A stretch of 52,380 bases of DNA from Gammaproteobacteria bacterium (GTDB lineage Bacteria > Pseudomonadota > Gammaproteobacteria > Eutrophobiales > Eutrophobiaceae). Of the stretch, positions 32,671 to 41,740 are shown one piece after another; position 1 is the stretch's first letter, and each line of letters opens with the position of its first letter. Under the pieces are notes generated by a model, which saw nothing but the letters and a program-made list of their open reading frames with translations, ran no database searches and was not told the origin of the DNA. The stretch lies in assembly GCA_051275005.1 (NCBI GenBank), contig JBNMOP010000003.1, forward strand, positions 1-52,380. Reading direction: 5' to 3'. Both the position numbers and the translations under genes were made by a program.

Positions 32671-33930
32671 TTGAATACAGAAACTGATAATTACTCAACA
32701 TTAGATAAACACAAAATTGATGCGCTAATAAGCCAGGCTCAAGTTGCAATATCTATGGGGACTGTCGCGGCATTATTTATATTTATTGTTTACTGGAACT
32801 CATCCATAAGATTTGCCATAACTATCTGGTTCGGTATATATCTATTAATATATATTCTAAGATATTTTATAGTAAAAAGATTTAACGCTTCGCAGCAAGA
32901 CAAGCAAAATTATATCCTTATCATGCGTTTTCATATTATAAGTTCTGTAGTTGCTGGATTATTATGGTCTGCTATCTGTATTTATTTATTTTATGTTTAT
33001 AACACAGTTGAAAGCCTCTATGTCCTACTAGTTCTTGGTGGATTGGTAGCAGGAGCAGTCGCCACAAATATAATTTTAATGTCGGTGTATTACTCGTTTG
33101 TTTTGCCTGCAACATTACCAATTATAATATTTTTATTGACTCACAACAGCAACCAAATGAACGTGTCGGGAATTATTTTGTTACTATTCGTAATATTTAT
33201 CACTTCCTGTGCATACAGATTAAACAAACTCGTATCAGATTCACTTTCTTATCAATTTGATAATTTACAATTATTAGATGACCTGGAAAAAGAAAAAATT
33301 CAAGTCACTCGTTTGTATTCTAATCTAGAGTCTAACCTAGCAAAGCGCAAAAAAGCAGAAAAACAACTAATACTTGAAAAAGAGAAAGCAGAGGATTTAG
33401 TCAAGTCATTGTTGGCTATTTCTACTCTGGATGGCCTCACAGGAATACCGAATCGTAGACATTTTGATTCAATATTAGCTAAAGAATGGAATCGTGCAAG
33501 CCGTAGCAAAACATCAATATCACTAATCATGTGTGATATCGATTATTTCAAACCATACAACGATCACTATGGACATCAAAAAGGTGATAATTGTCTAATA
33601 CAGGTTGCTATCATGCTACAGGAACTTGCTCGTCGAGATGATGATATGGCTGCAAGATATGGAGGCGAAGAATTTGCAGTAATTTTGCCAACCACAACAA
33701 TTGATAACGCTAAAGATATCGCTGAGCAAATGCGTTTAGCTATACAAGAAACATGTATACCGCATAAATATTCACTTACTGACAATATAATAACAGTGAG
33801 CTTTGGTGTAGCGACTGTCATCCCTCAACGCGAACAATCATCTACTATACTTGTATCATTTGCAGATAAGGCATTATATAAAGCAAAACAACTTGGCCGT
33901 AACCGCGTAGTTGATTATTTGCATGAGTGA
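32671..33930 (+). CDS. Membrane-bound diguanylate cyclase
   Basis: About 6-7 TM helices, coiled coil, DGLTGIPNRR, DIDYFKPYND.YGH, RxxD I-site (RDDD), RYGGEEF. Confidence 0.93.
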   Translation: MNTETDNYSTLDKHKIDALISQAQVAISMGTVAALFIFIVYWNSSIRFAITIWFGIYLLIYILRYFIVKRFNASQQDKQNYILIMRFHIISSVVAGLLWSAICIYLFYVYNTVESLYVLLVLGGLVAGAVATNIILMSVYYSFVLPATLPIIIFLLTHNSNQMNVSGIILLLFVIFITSCAYRLNKLVSDSLSYQFDNLQLLDDLEKEKIQVTRLYSNLESNLAKRKKAEKQLILEKEKAEDLVKSLLAISTLDGLTGIPNRRHFDSILAKEWNRASRSKTSISLIMCDIDYFKPYNDHYGHQKGDNCLIQVAIMLQELARRDDDMAARYGGEEFAVILPTTTIDNAKDIAEQMRLAIQETCIPHKYSLTDNIITVSFGVATVIPQREQSSTILVSFADKALYKAKQLGRNRVVDYLHE

Positions 33931-34783
33931 ATCATGCAAATAATAATTATACTGATACATATTTTGTTTATTATACAGCCGGATCGAATACTGTCATATA
34001 AGTAAAATGACACGTAGTAGGACTTCATAATCTCACAATTTTCTTTAAATTAAGTATAGCAAAAATTTTCCTTGTGATGGGACAGGCACAACTTAGCTAT
34101 GGTAGCGCCTCCCCTGGGTCTATTCATGTTAGTCTGTTAACTGTGAGTGAGATAAAAGGTAACCACATACCAGCGCGGTATCGTAAAGTAATCTACACCC
34201 TGCTCTCCCTGAACAAATAAAGTTTCTGCCTCATCATCGGCTCAATTTATGGGTGATTAATTTTAGCGAAAAATATTGTCCTACCTACTGTGATTTCATC
34301 TTAAACAAATTCTGGCATTACAAAATCAGATTAATTTGCACCAAGACCCATACATGCATGTGGCATTGCAATGGCTGATATTCACGTATCAATATCAAGG
34401 GTACTAACGCCATTTCTGGCAGTGTACATCTGTATCACATATGATTTTTCTTTGCTTTTATGGACAGCCTCAGTGTTATAAAAGATAGGCTTTACAATAG
34501 TTTATAATTCAATTTTTGCGTGCTAGATGAAATACTAAACTGTTCAATTTTCACCGTCTCCAGCCACTTCTTAATCTGGCTTTTATATAGTGGGAGATTA
34601 ACCTTTTTGAATATGAACTCTAAAAGCTGGATCTATTCTGGATCAGTTGTTACGTGGCGCGTATCTGATACAAACAAAATACAAAAGACCAGGCAACACG
34701 TTACTGACATCTAGTATTGCAAAAATGTCTACAAAGCCAAATATTTTTGCTAGACTGTGCCAACTGCTCTATTTATTGGGGCA

Positions 34784-34870
34784 CTACCTAAGGGGCGGCT
34801 TTAAAGCCTGAGACATCAAGACGATGAACCCTGAGAACCTGATCCGGATAATGCCGGCGTAGGGATAGGA
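34784..34870 (+). ncRNA. TPP riboswitch
   Basis: CCTA-AGGGG...CTGAGA...ACCC..GAACCTGATCCGGATAATGCCGGCGTAGGGA-TAGG matches the THI-box consensus with P1 CCTA/TAGG; lies upstream of thiamine uptake genes. Confidence 0.95.
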
Positions 34871-34940
34871 CTAAATTGTTACTTTTTTGTTCTTTCATAC
34901 GCTCCGGATCTCATTTAGTGACATTGATTCTGGAGGCTTT

Positions 34941-37052
34941 ATTAAACATATAATCTTTACCTATACGTTGGTGTTTATTCTTTGTTCGAGCACCAGCTAT
35001 ACCCTACATGCGAGTGATGCTATCGAGGAAGTGCTAGTCACGGCAGGATTTCGCGACGATGAACTGATGAAAAGCGCTGGCAGTATCAGCGTACTTGATG
35101 AACAGTTGATACGGGATCGCGTGGCCCGTCACTTCGATGAAACGGTCAATATTCTTCCTAACGTAACCTTCTCCGCAGGTGGTGCGCGTGCGCGCTTTGT
35201 GCAGATTAGAGGTGTCGGTGACCTTGAACAGTTTGTAGACCCGAAACACTTTCCATCGGTCGGAATCACTATAGACGATATCGAGGTCGGTACCACGGCC
35301 ACGGGTGCGGTGTTAATGGATGTAGCACAAATTGAATTGTTAAGAGGACCACAGGGAACACAGTTTGGCGCAAATGCTCTTGCGGGCATTATCAATATTC
35401 GCACCCACGAACCCTCCGAAGTTTTTACAGGGAATATTGAAGCGTCTTACTCAAATTTTGATAGCTGGCTGGTAGGCGCTAATGTGAGCGGTCCTTTGTC
35501 TGACTCAATTGGTGGCAGACTATCGATTCAACAGAATATGAGTGATGGATATTATTCGAATGATTTTATCAAACGAAATAATACCAATAAGCGCGATGAG
35601 TTATCTATGCGAGGCAAACTACGTTGGACCAATAGTAATGCTGCAGAAATAAACCTTATTGCTTCTTATGCCGACCTAGATGGTGGCTATGATGCATTTT
35701 CCCTGGATAATGTACGCAACACTATTTCTGACAACCCAGGTAATGATAAACAAGAAACCGTTGCGCTGGCTATCAAAGCAAACTGGCCAATGCTACAAGG
35801 AATTAACCTAGAAACTTTATTGAGTTGGCGAGACAGTAATGAAGATTACGCCTTTGATGAGGATTGGGTTTTTTCAGGTTTCTGTGATGGTGTTCGTTGT
35901 GACCCCCTGTTCGAATTTTCCAGTACCGATAAGTTGTTACGCCAGAGCGATGTAGTCGCTGTTGATATTCGTTTGAAGTCCGATCCTGCGCGCTTTGCAT
36001 GGGTTGCTGGTGTGTATGCACAAAAACGCAACGAAGATCTACAACGTCAGCATTTTGGTACATTCTCCAGTGACTACCAAAGCAATCGTTATGCGATCTA
36101 TGGACAGGTACAGCTGGATATAGCTGAGAACTGGAATGTTACTGCGGGTCTACGTTATGAATATTTTGAAGACAAGTACAGTGACACTAACAAACTGACT
36201 ACCAGGTCCACTGACGGTTACTGGAGCGGTCAGTTTACTGTGGAGTATTTATTTGGGGAGAATACCCTCATTTACGGTACATTAGCGCGTTCAGTGAAAC
36301 CAGGTGGCGTCAATACAGAAACCAGCTCTAACTTTCCTGTCATCAATCGCTTGTTTAAACCCTTTCTGCAATCACGCCAGCAATTCGCTGCAGAAACACT
36401 GTTTAACAAAGAAATCGGCGTAAAGTCCAGCTATATTGATGACAAACTTACATCGAGACTTGCCTTGTTTCACATGGACCGAGCTAATGCTCAGCTTGAA
36501 AGTTTTATATGGGATGCCAGCACCTTTATTTTCACTGGTTTTCTCGATAGCAGCAGTAACGCAGAGAATTATGGTGCAGAACTTGAGATCACTTATCAGT
36601 TAACAACGAATATAGATTTATTTAGTAATATTGGTTATCTGGAGACCCGAGTTGTTGAATTGACTGTGTTTGATTTGGATAGCAGTCAATTTATCACTCG
36701 AAATAATCGGAACCAAACCAAGGCACCTAACTGGCAATACAATCTCGGCATTAATATGAACTTTACGGAAAAATTACACGGACGCTTAGAGGTAGAGGGA
36801 CAGGACGATAGCTTCTTCGGTTATTATCACGATGGAAAAATTGATGCTTTCACCCTCACTCATGCCAGTGTGGATTATCAAATAGGCAAGGTCAAATTAC
36901 AGGCATGGGTTCATAACATCTTCAATGAACAAACTCAGATACACGGCTTATACTTTGCCAATGACCCCCGTGATGGCTTTGCAATTAATCGTTCTTACTT
37001 TCAACATGGAGAACCTAGAGTTTATGGTGCGAATTTTAATTATTCTTTTTAA
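34941..37052 (+). CDS. TonB-dependent receptor, probably for thiamine (ORF open from 34887; proposed ATT start at 34941)
   Basis: Signal peptide, TonB-box-like EEVLVTA, IELLRGPQGT, C-terminal ANFNYSF; under the TPP riboswitch. Confidence 0.9.
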   Translation: MKHIIFTYTLVFILCSSTSYTLHASDAIEEVLVTAGFRDDELMKSAGSISVLDEQLIRDRVARHFDETVNILPNVTFSAGGARARFVQIRGVGDLEQFVDPKHFPSVGITIDDIEVGTTATGAVLMDVAQIELLRGPQGTQFGANALAGIINIRTHEPSEVFTGNIEASYSNFDSWLVGANVSGPLSDSIGGRLSIQQNMSDGYYSNDFIKRNNTNKRDELSMRGKLRWTNSNAAEINLIASYADLDGGYDAFSLDNVRNTISDNPGNDKQETVALAIKANWPMLQGINLETLLSWRDSNEDYAFDEDWVFSGFCDGVRCDPLFEFSSTDKLLRQSDVVAVDIRLKSDPARFAWVAGVYAQKRNEDLQRQHFGTFSSDYQSNRYAIYGQVQLDIAENWNVTAGLRYEYFEDKYSDTNKLTTRSTDGYWSGQFTVEYLFGENTLIYGTLARSVKPGGVNTETSSNFPVINRLFKPFLQSRQQFAAETLFNKEIGVKSSYIDDKLTSRLALFHMDRANAQLESFIWDASTFIFTGFLDSSSNAENYGAELEITYQLTTNIDLFSNIGYLETRVVELTVFDLDSSQFITRNNRNQTKAPNWQYNLGINMNFTEKLHGRLEVEGQDDSFFGYYHDGKIDAFTLTHASVDYQIGKVKLQAWVHNIFNEQTQIHGLYFANDPRDGFAINRSYFQHGEPRVYGANFNYSF

Positions 37053-37108
37053 TTCGCGAGAGTAAATACCGCCAAACTGACTACCAGAAAAAGCAAAGTG
37101 AAATCATT

Positions 37109-37357
37109 ATGAAAATTACCGCTGAAATAAGTATGTATCCCTTGCACCAGGAATTTCTTATTCCCATTAAAGCTGTTATCAATAAACTAAACAGCTTTGA
37201 AGGTATACAGGTAAGAACTTTCACCACGGCCACTACCCTTATCGGAGACTATGACATTGTGATGAATGCAATTAAGGAGACGCTGGCCTGGAGCTATGAA
37301 AAGCATGGCACTGCTGTGTTCGTTACCAAACTAATACCTGGATACGATCCGGATTAA
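37109..37357 (+). CDS. YkoF/DUF77-like thiamine-binding protein
   Basis: AEISMYPL...T.L.GDYD.VM, small ferredoxin-like fold pattern; operon context. Confidence 0.75.
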   Translation: MKITAEISMYPLHQEFLIPIKAVINKLNSFEGIQVRTFTTATTLIGDYDIVMNAIKETLAWSYEKHGTAVFVTKLIPGYDPD

Positions 37358-37362
37358 TAGAG

Positions 37363-37983
37363 GTGGATATCCTTCAATTCATCGTCTCACAATTTCATGA
37401 GACTTCCGCATGGGAAGTTATTGCCGTTTTTTTAGCCATAGCCTATTTACTCTTGGCTGTACAAGAAAATATCTTATGCTGGTACTGTGCATTGTTTAGT
37501 ACAGCAATTTTTATCTTCCTGTTCTGGAACGTGAGCTTACTGATGGAATCAGCGCTTAATGTATTTTATCTCATCATGGCGATCTATGGTTGGCAACAAT
37601 GGAAATACGGCGGCACCAAAAAGAGTGGTGTACTTATCTCTACACTTGAAATAAGACAGAACGTTATAATCATTGGCGTCATTCTGGTAATAACGCTCGT
37701 TTCCGGCTGGTTGCTAGCACAGCATACAGAAGCGGCCTGGCCCTATGTGGATTCTTTTACCACCTGGGCTAGTGTAATCACGACTGTCATGGTTGCAAAA
37801 AAAATCCTGGAAAACTGGCTGTACTGGCTAGTCATTGATAGTGTCTCCATCCCTCTGTATATCGATCGCGGTCTTCATCTTACGGCCTTTCTATTTCTGG
37901 GCTACCTGGTCATCGTCATCTTCGGCTACTTTAAATGGCGAGGGCACTTATCCGAGCAACAAACTCTTGCAGCACCTGCCTGA
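37363..37983 (+). CDS. pnuC: PnuC-family transporter (PnuT-type thiamine transporter by context)
   Basis: YGWQQW, PYVDSFTT, KILENWLYWLVID. Confidence 0.9.
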   Translation: MDILQFIVSQFHETSAWEVIAVFLAIAYLLLAVQENILCWYCALFSTAIFIFLFWNVSLLMESALNVFYLIMAIYGWQQWKYGGTKKSGVLISTLEIRQNVIIIGVILVITLVSGWLLAQHTEAAWPYVDSFTTWASVITTVMVAKKILENWLYWLVIDSVSIPLYIDRGLHLTAFLFLGYLVIVIFGYFKWRGHLSEQQTLAAPA

Positions 37984-38761
37984 AAATCCCCTGCAACATT
38001 GGCCTAACTGGGACACGCCATTTTCAAATATGCCAAGGATAGTTCGTAAACTTAGTATTGGACGCACTAATCAGAGTTACCTTATTGAGGTAGATTGCCA
38101 GTTATCGGTACTTCGTATCAATGCCAGAAATAGTGCAGAGCTCGGCATTGACCGACATCGTGAGCTTAAAATTCTCGAACATGCCAGCGCAGCGGACGTA
38201 GCACCAAAGCTATTTTATGGGTCCGTTGAACATGGCGTATTGATTACTGAATTCGTTGATGGCCAGCATTGGCAGCCAAATCTATTGGCAGACCCTGATA
38301 ACTTATCTCTAATTGTAGATGGCCTGAAGCGTATCCATGCACTCAACGTATCAATAGCACCTTTCGACTATAGACAGCATGTTGAAAATTATTGGCAACG
38401 ATTACTGGAAAGGAATATTAACATCACCGATACGCTCTATCATAAAAGAGAAAAAATACTGCCACTGCTAGCAAACATCCCCCGTGCGAATGTTATCTGT
38501 CATCAGGATCCCAATCCGATTAATATTGTTGTAACGTCGGACAAGGTCCAGTTTCTCGACTGGGAGTATGCTGCACTGGCCTGGCAGGCCTTTGACTTTG
38601 CTGCATTTTCAATTGAATGGGCTATTTCAACGGAAAAGTTGTCAGTCCCCAATAACATTAGTACAGAAGAGATTGATCTGGCAAAAGACTTGTATATTTT
38701 TCTTTGTGAATTGTGGACGTGTTTACAGTACAAATCTGACGGGTCAAAGTCGAACGAATAA
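37967..38761 (+). CDS. Choline/aminoglycoside-kinase-fold phosphotransferase, probable thiamine kinase (ORF open from 37835; start uncertain, TTG 37967 proposed)
   Basis: GRTNQSY, GIDRHRE, CHQDPNPIN (HxDxxxxN), LDWEYA. Confidence 0.8.
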   Translation: MQHLPENPLQHWPNWDTPFSNMPRIVRKLSIGRTNQSYLIEVDCQLSVLRINARNSAELGIDRHRELKILEHASAADVAPKLFYGSVEHGVLITEFVDGQHWQPNLLADPDNLSLIVDGLKRIHALNVSIAPFDYRQHVENYWQRLLERNINITDTLYHKREKILPLLANIPRANVICHQDPNPINIVVTSDKVQFLDWEYAALAWQAFDFAAFSIEWAISTEKLSVPNNISTEEIDLAKDLYIFLCELWTCLQYKSDGSKSNE

Positions 38762-38774
38762 TTCACATTATATT

Positions 38775-39083
38775 TTATGCCTCATAACTCTTGAGAATAA
38801 ATAGTGTATCAATTCCAAAGCCAAATTTTTCCTTAAATTCATCTATCACTGTTCCCTGGGGATAATCCTCGGTATCTTCAGGAAATTCCGGTTTCACAAT
38901 CTCCAACACCTCATCTGAGTTATTCTCACACTCATCATCAAAAATTATATTTGTCTTTCTCAGATAATCTTCTTCAGATTCCATTAAATCAGTTTCAGGG
39001 TTAGAATTTGACCCTAATGTGTATGCTAGGATAATCTCATCGGCTTTTGCGTTTTCATGCTGAAATTCTGGCACTGCGCTTAT
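38775..39083 (-). pseudogene. Acidic ORF whose N-terminus resembles ThiC; probable thiC remnant or derived gene
   Basis: ATA-SAVPEFQHENAKADE follows an SD hairpin and a degenerate TPP aptamer; the rest has no ThiC motifs. Confidence 0.5.
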
Positions 39084-39139
39084 TTCGTGCACCTTTTAGT
39101 TGATATTAAGGTGCGTCAGGATTACTCATATAACGTGCT

Positions 39140-39212
39140 CAGTTTCCTTCATTGAGACTAATTGGATCAGAATCAGAGGTTCTTCTCAGCCTAAAAAAGT
39201 GCACCCCTTCAT
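39140..39212 (-). ncRNA. Degenerate TPP riboswitch
   Basis: Minus strand reads AGGGGTGC-acttttttag-GCTGAGA-aga-ACCt-ctga-ttCTGATCC-aattagtctcaat-GAAGGAA. Consensus blocks are in order, but the P4/P5 pairing is lost. Confidence 0.7.
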
Positions 39213-39279
39213 ACAATCGTTATTATATAATGTCAGGAATAATCGTATAATTTTAGTGAATTACAACCTGGTGGATACT

Positions 39280-39933
39280 ATGGATTACGAACAAGCACGG
39301 TTTAATATGATTGAACAACAAGTAAGGACATGGGAAGTACTGGATCAACGAGTGCTGGACATGTTGTCCTTAGTACATCGAGAAGACTTTATTCCGGCTC
39401 CTTTTAAGAAACTGGCACTTTCAGACGTAAATATACCACTCGCCCATAATCAGATTACGATGCAACCTAAGGTTGAAGCAAGAGTAATTCAATCCCTTAA
39501 CATTACCAATCAGGATAAAATATTGGAAATTGGCACAGGTTGTGCTTATTCGACTGCAATTTTAGCAAAGTTTTCTAAAGAAGTTATCAGTGTTGACATA
39601 TTTCCTGAATTCACAAATGCAGCCAATATAATTTTAGAAAAAAATACTATACAGAATGTCAATGTGATCCAGGGAGACGGTATTAATGGATGGCCAAGTA
39701 TGGCTCCTTATAATGTAATTGTAGTGACAGGTTCACTGCCTTTAATCAGTACTGATATTGAAAAACAATTAGAGATTGGCGGTCGTTTATTTGTAATTTT
39801 TGGTGTATCGCCTGTAATGGAAGCAACCCTGGTTACCAGAATTAGTGAAACACACTGGACACGCGAAACATTATTTGAAACAGATTTACCCGCATTAATA
39901 GGGACAAAGGTCTCAAATAAGTTTATTTTCTGA
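39280..39933 (+). CDS. pcm: Protein-L-isoaspartate O-methyltransferase family protein
   Basis: Start ATG 39280 (MDYEQARFNMIEQQVRTWEV), LEIGTGCAY, PYNVIVVTGS, LFETDLPAL. Confidence 0.9.
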   Translation: MDYEQARFNMIEQQVRTWEVLDQRVLDMLSLVHREDFIPAPFKKLALSDVNIPLAHNQITMQPKVEARVIQSLNITNQDKILEIGTGCAYSTAILAKFSKEVISVDIFPEFTNAANIILEKNTIQNVNVIQGDGINGWPSMAPYNVIVVTGSLPLISTDIEKQLEIGGRLFVIFGVSPVMEATLVTRISETHWTRETLFETDLPALIGTKVSNKFIF

Positions 39934-39938
39934 CAATC

Positions 39939-40259
39939 ATGGAATCAATTAACGTTAACACGCTCAATCAATGGATTACTGCCAAAAAACCCCAGCTGCT
40001 ATTGGACATAAGAGAAGAGTGGGAATTTAATCACTGCAGTATAGATGGAAGCATAAATATACCGATGAGTCTAATCAGTGAACGACTAGAAGAATTAGGG
40101 GAAGATAACAATATCATTGTAATTTGTCATCATGGAGCAAGAAGCCTGCAAGTTGCATACTACCTGGAAGATTCCGGCATAAAGAATAAAATTATGAATC
40201 TTGAAGGTGGTATTGATGCATGGGCAGATCAAGTTGAAAACCAAATGCCCAGATATTAA
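39939..40259 (+). CDS. Single-domain rhodanese / sulfurtransferase
   Basis: LLDIREEWE, CHHGARS, NLEGGIDAW. Confidence 0.92.
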   Translation: MESINVNTLNQWITAKKPQLLLDIREEWEFNHCSIDGSINIPMSLISERLEELGEDNNIIVICHHGARSLQVAYYLEDSGIKNKIMNLEGGIDAWADQVENQMPRY

Positions 40260-40378
40260 TCTTTAAAAACTTATACACGTTGTAGCAGATAAATCTAATT
40301 CAATATTACCTACCATCTGAATTCGTTTTGTGCTCAGTTAACTTTGTAAATAAAATACGTTTGAGGATATAAAATTAA

Positions 40379-41740
40379 ATGATCAAAATTAATATTAGGA
40401 TTACAAAATTTTGTAATCTCATTTTTTTATCAATTTTTGTATTCCTGTCTCCAGTATGTTTTGCTGTAGATTTACTCGAGGTTTATCAACAAGCATTAAT
40501 TAGCGACCCTCAATTTCGACAAATTGCTGCCAATAAACGAGCCGTATTAGAAGAAAGACCACAGGCACTAGCAACACTATTGCCATCTGTTGCACTTTCA
40601 GCTGATGTTGCAGGTTCAAGTAGTAAACGTACTGGCTCAAACTCTGTAGGATTTGGTAGTGATCGTGAACTTGTTGATTTATCAAGATCTAATTCAGATT
40701 CACGTGGTTATACACTAAGTCTTACCCAACCAGTATTTAGAAGTGATAGGTATTTTAGACTAAAGCAAGCTGACAAGTCGATTAAACAGGCAGATGCAGA
40801 ATTATCATCAGCTGAAGTTGGACTTGGTATTCGTGTTGCCAGTACATATTTTAATGTCTTGGCTGCGATTGATAATCTTAATTTTGCTGCAGCCGAAAAA
40901 CGATCGCTCAGTCGACAACTTGAACAGGCCAAACAACGCTTCGAAGTAGGATTAACAGCAGTTACTGATGTTCAAGAAGCACAGGCTGGATATGATCGTG
41001 CATATGCTGATGAAATACGTGCAATAAACGAGATTGATAACGCTAAAGAGGCATTACGAGAAATTACCGGAATTTATTTACATGATCTGACTGGATTATC
41101 AGACACTATGCCTCTGGTATCACCCGACCCTGATGACATTGAAGCGTGGTCAAAAATGGCTGTAATAGAAAATCTTACTGTTATAGCAGCAGTCCATGCT
41201 GTAGATATAGCCAGAGATGAAATAAAAGTTCAAAATGCGGGACATATGCCTACCGTTGATCTTAGTGCAAGACGTTCATATAGTGAGAGTGATACCGCCG
41301 GTGATAGCGAAAATACAAATAGTAGTATTTCCCTCCAGTTAAATGTACCTATCTATTCAGGTGGTGCTGTATCCTCACGCGTTAGAGCGTCCACAGAGAG
41401 ACTCGAGCAGCAGTTAGAACGACTTGAACAGATCCGTCGTCAAGTACATCGGGAAGTCAGAGAATCATATCTAGGTGTAATGTCAGGAATTAGTCAGATT
41501 AAAGCCTTACAACAAGCAGTTCATTCAAGTGAAGTAGCGCTGGAAGCGACACAGACTGGATTTGAGGTAGGTACACGTACCGCCGTTGACGTAGTGCAAT
41601 CTGAACGTGCAACTTTTCAAACAAAACGCGACCTGGCTCGTGCCCGGTATGATTACATAGTAAATTCGCTAAATCTAAAGCAAGCAGCCGGAATACTTTC
41701 TGTGGACGATATTAAAGATGTAAATGGGTGGTTAAATTAA
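40379..41740 (+). CDS. tolC: TolC-family outer membrane channel
   Basis: Signal peptide, [32 protein letters not shown]. Confidence 0.92.
   Translation: MIKINIRITKFCNLIFLSIFVFLSPVCFAVDLLEVYQQALISDPQFRQIAANKRAVLEERPQALATLLPSVALSADVAGSSSKRTGSNSVGFGSDRELVDLSRSNSDSRGYTLSLTQPVFRSDRYFRLKQADKSIKQADAELSSAEVGLGIRVASTYFNVLAAIDNLNFAAAEKRSLSRQLEQAKQRFEVGLTAVTDVQEAQAGYDRAYADEIRAINEIDNAKEALREITGIYLHDLTGLSDTMPLVSPDPDDIEAWSKMAVIENLTVIAAVHAVDIARDEIKVQNAGHMPTVDLSARRSYSESDTAGDSENTNSSISLQLNVPIYSGGAVSSRVRASTERLEQQLERLEQIRRQVHREVRESYLGVMSGISQIKALQQAVHSSEVALEATQTGFEVGTRTAVDVVQSERATFQTKRDLARARYDYIVNSLNLKQAAGILSVDDIKDVNGWLN

Noticed and set aside
34055-34120. c-di-GMP-I riboswitch-like words (GCAAA, GGGAC, CTATGGTAGC) after the diguanylate cyclase
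   Set aside because: No GNRA-capped stem, no CGCAAA and no convincing pairing; probably chance.
37835-37966. Long overlap of the kinase ORF with pnuC
   Set aside because: The upstream residues are low-complexity off-frame read-through of pnuC; the true start is likely near 37967.
39100-39279. 60-aa N-terminal extension of Pcm in the ORF track
   Set aside because: Family similarity begins at ATG 39280; the extension overlaps the minus-strand riboswitch relic.
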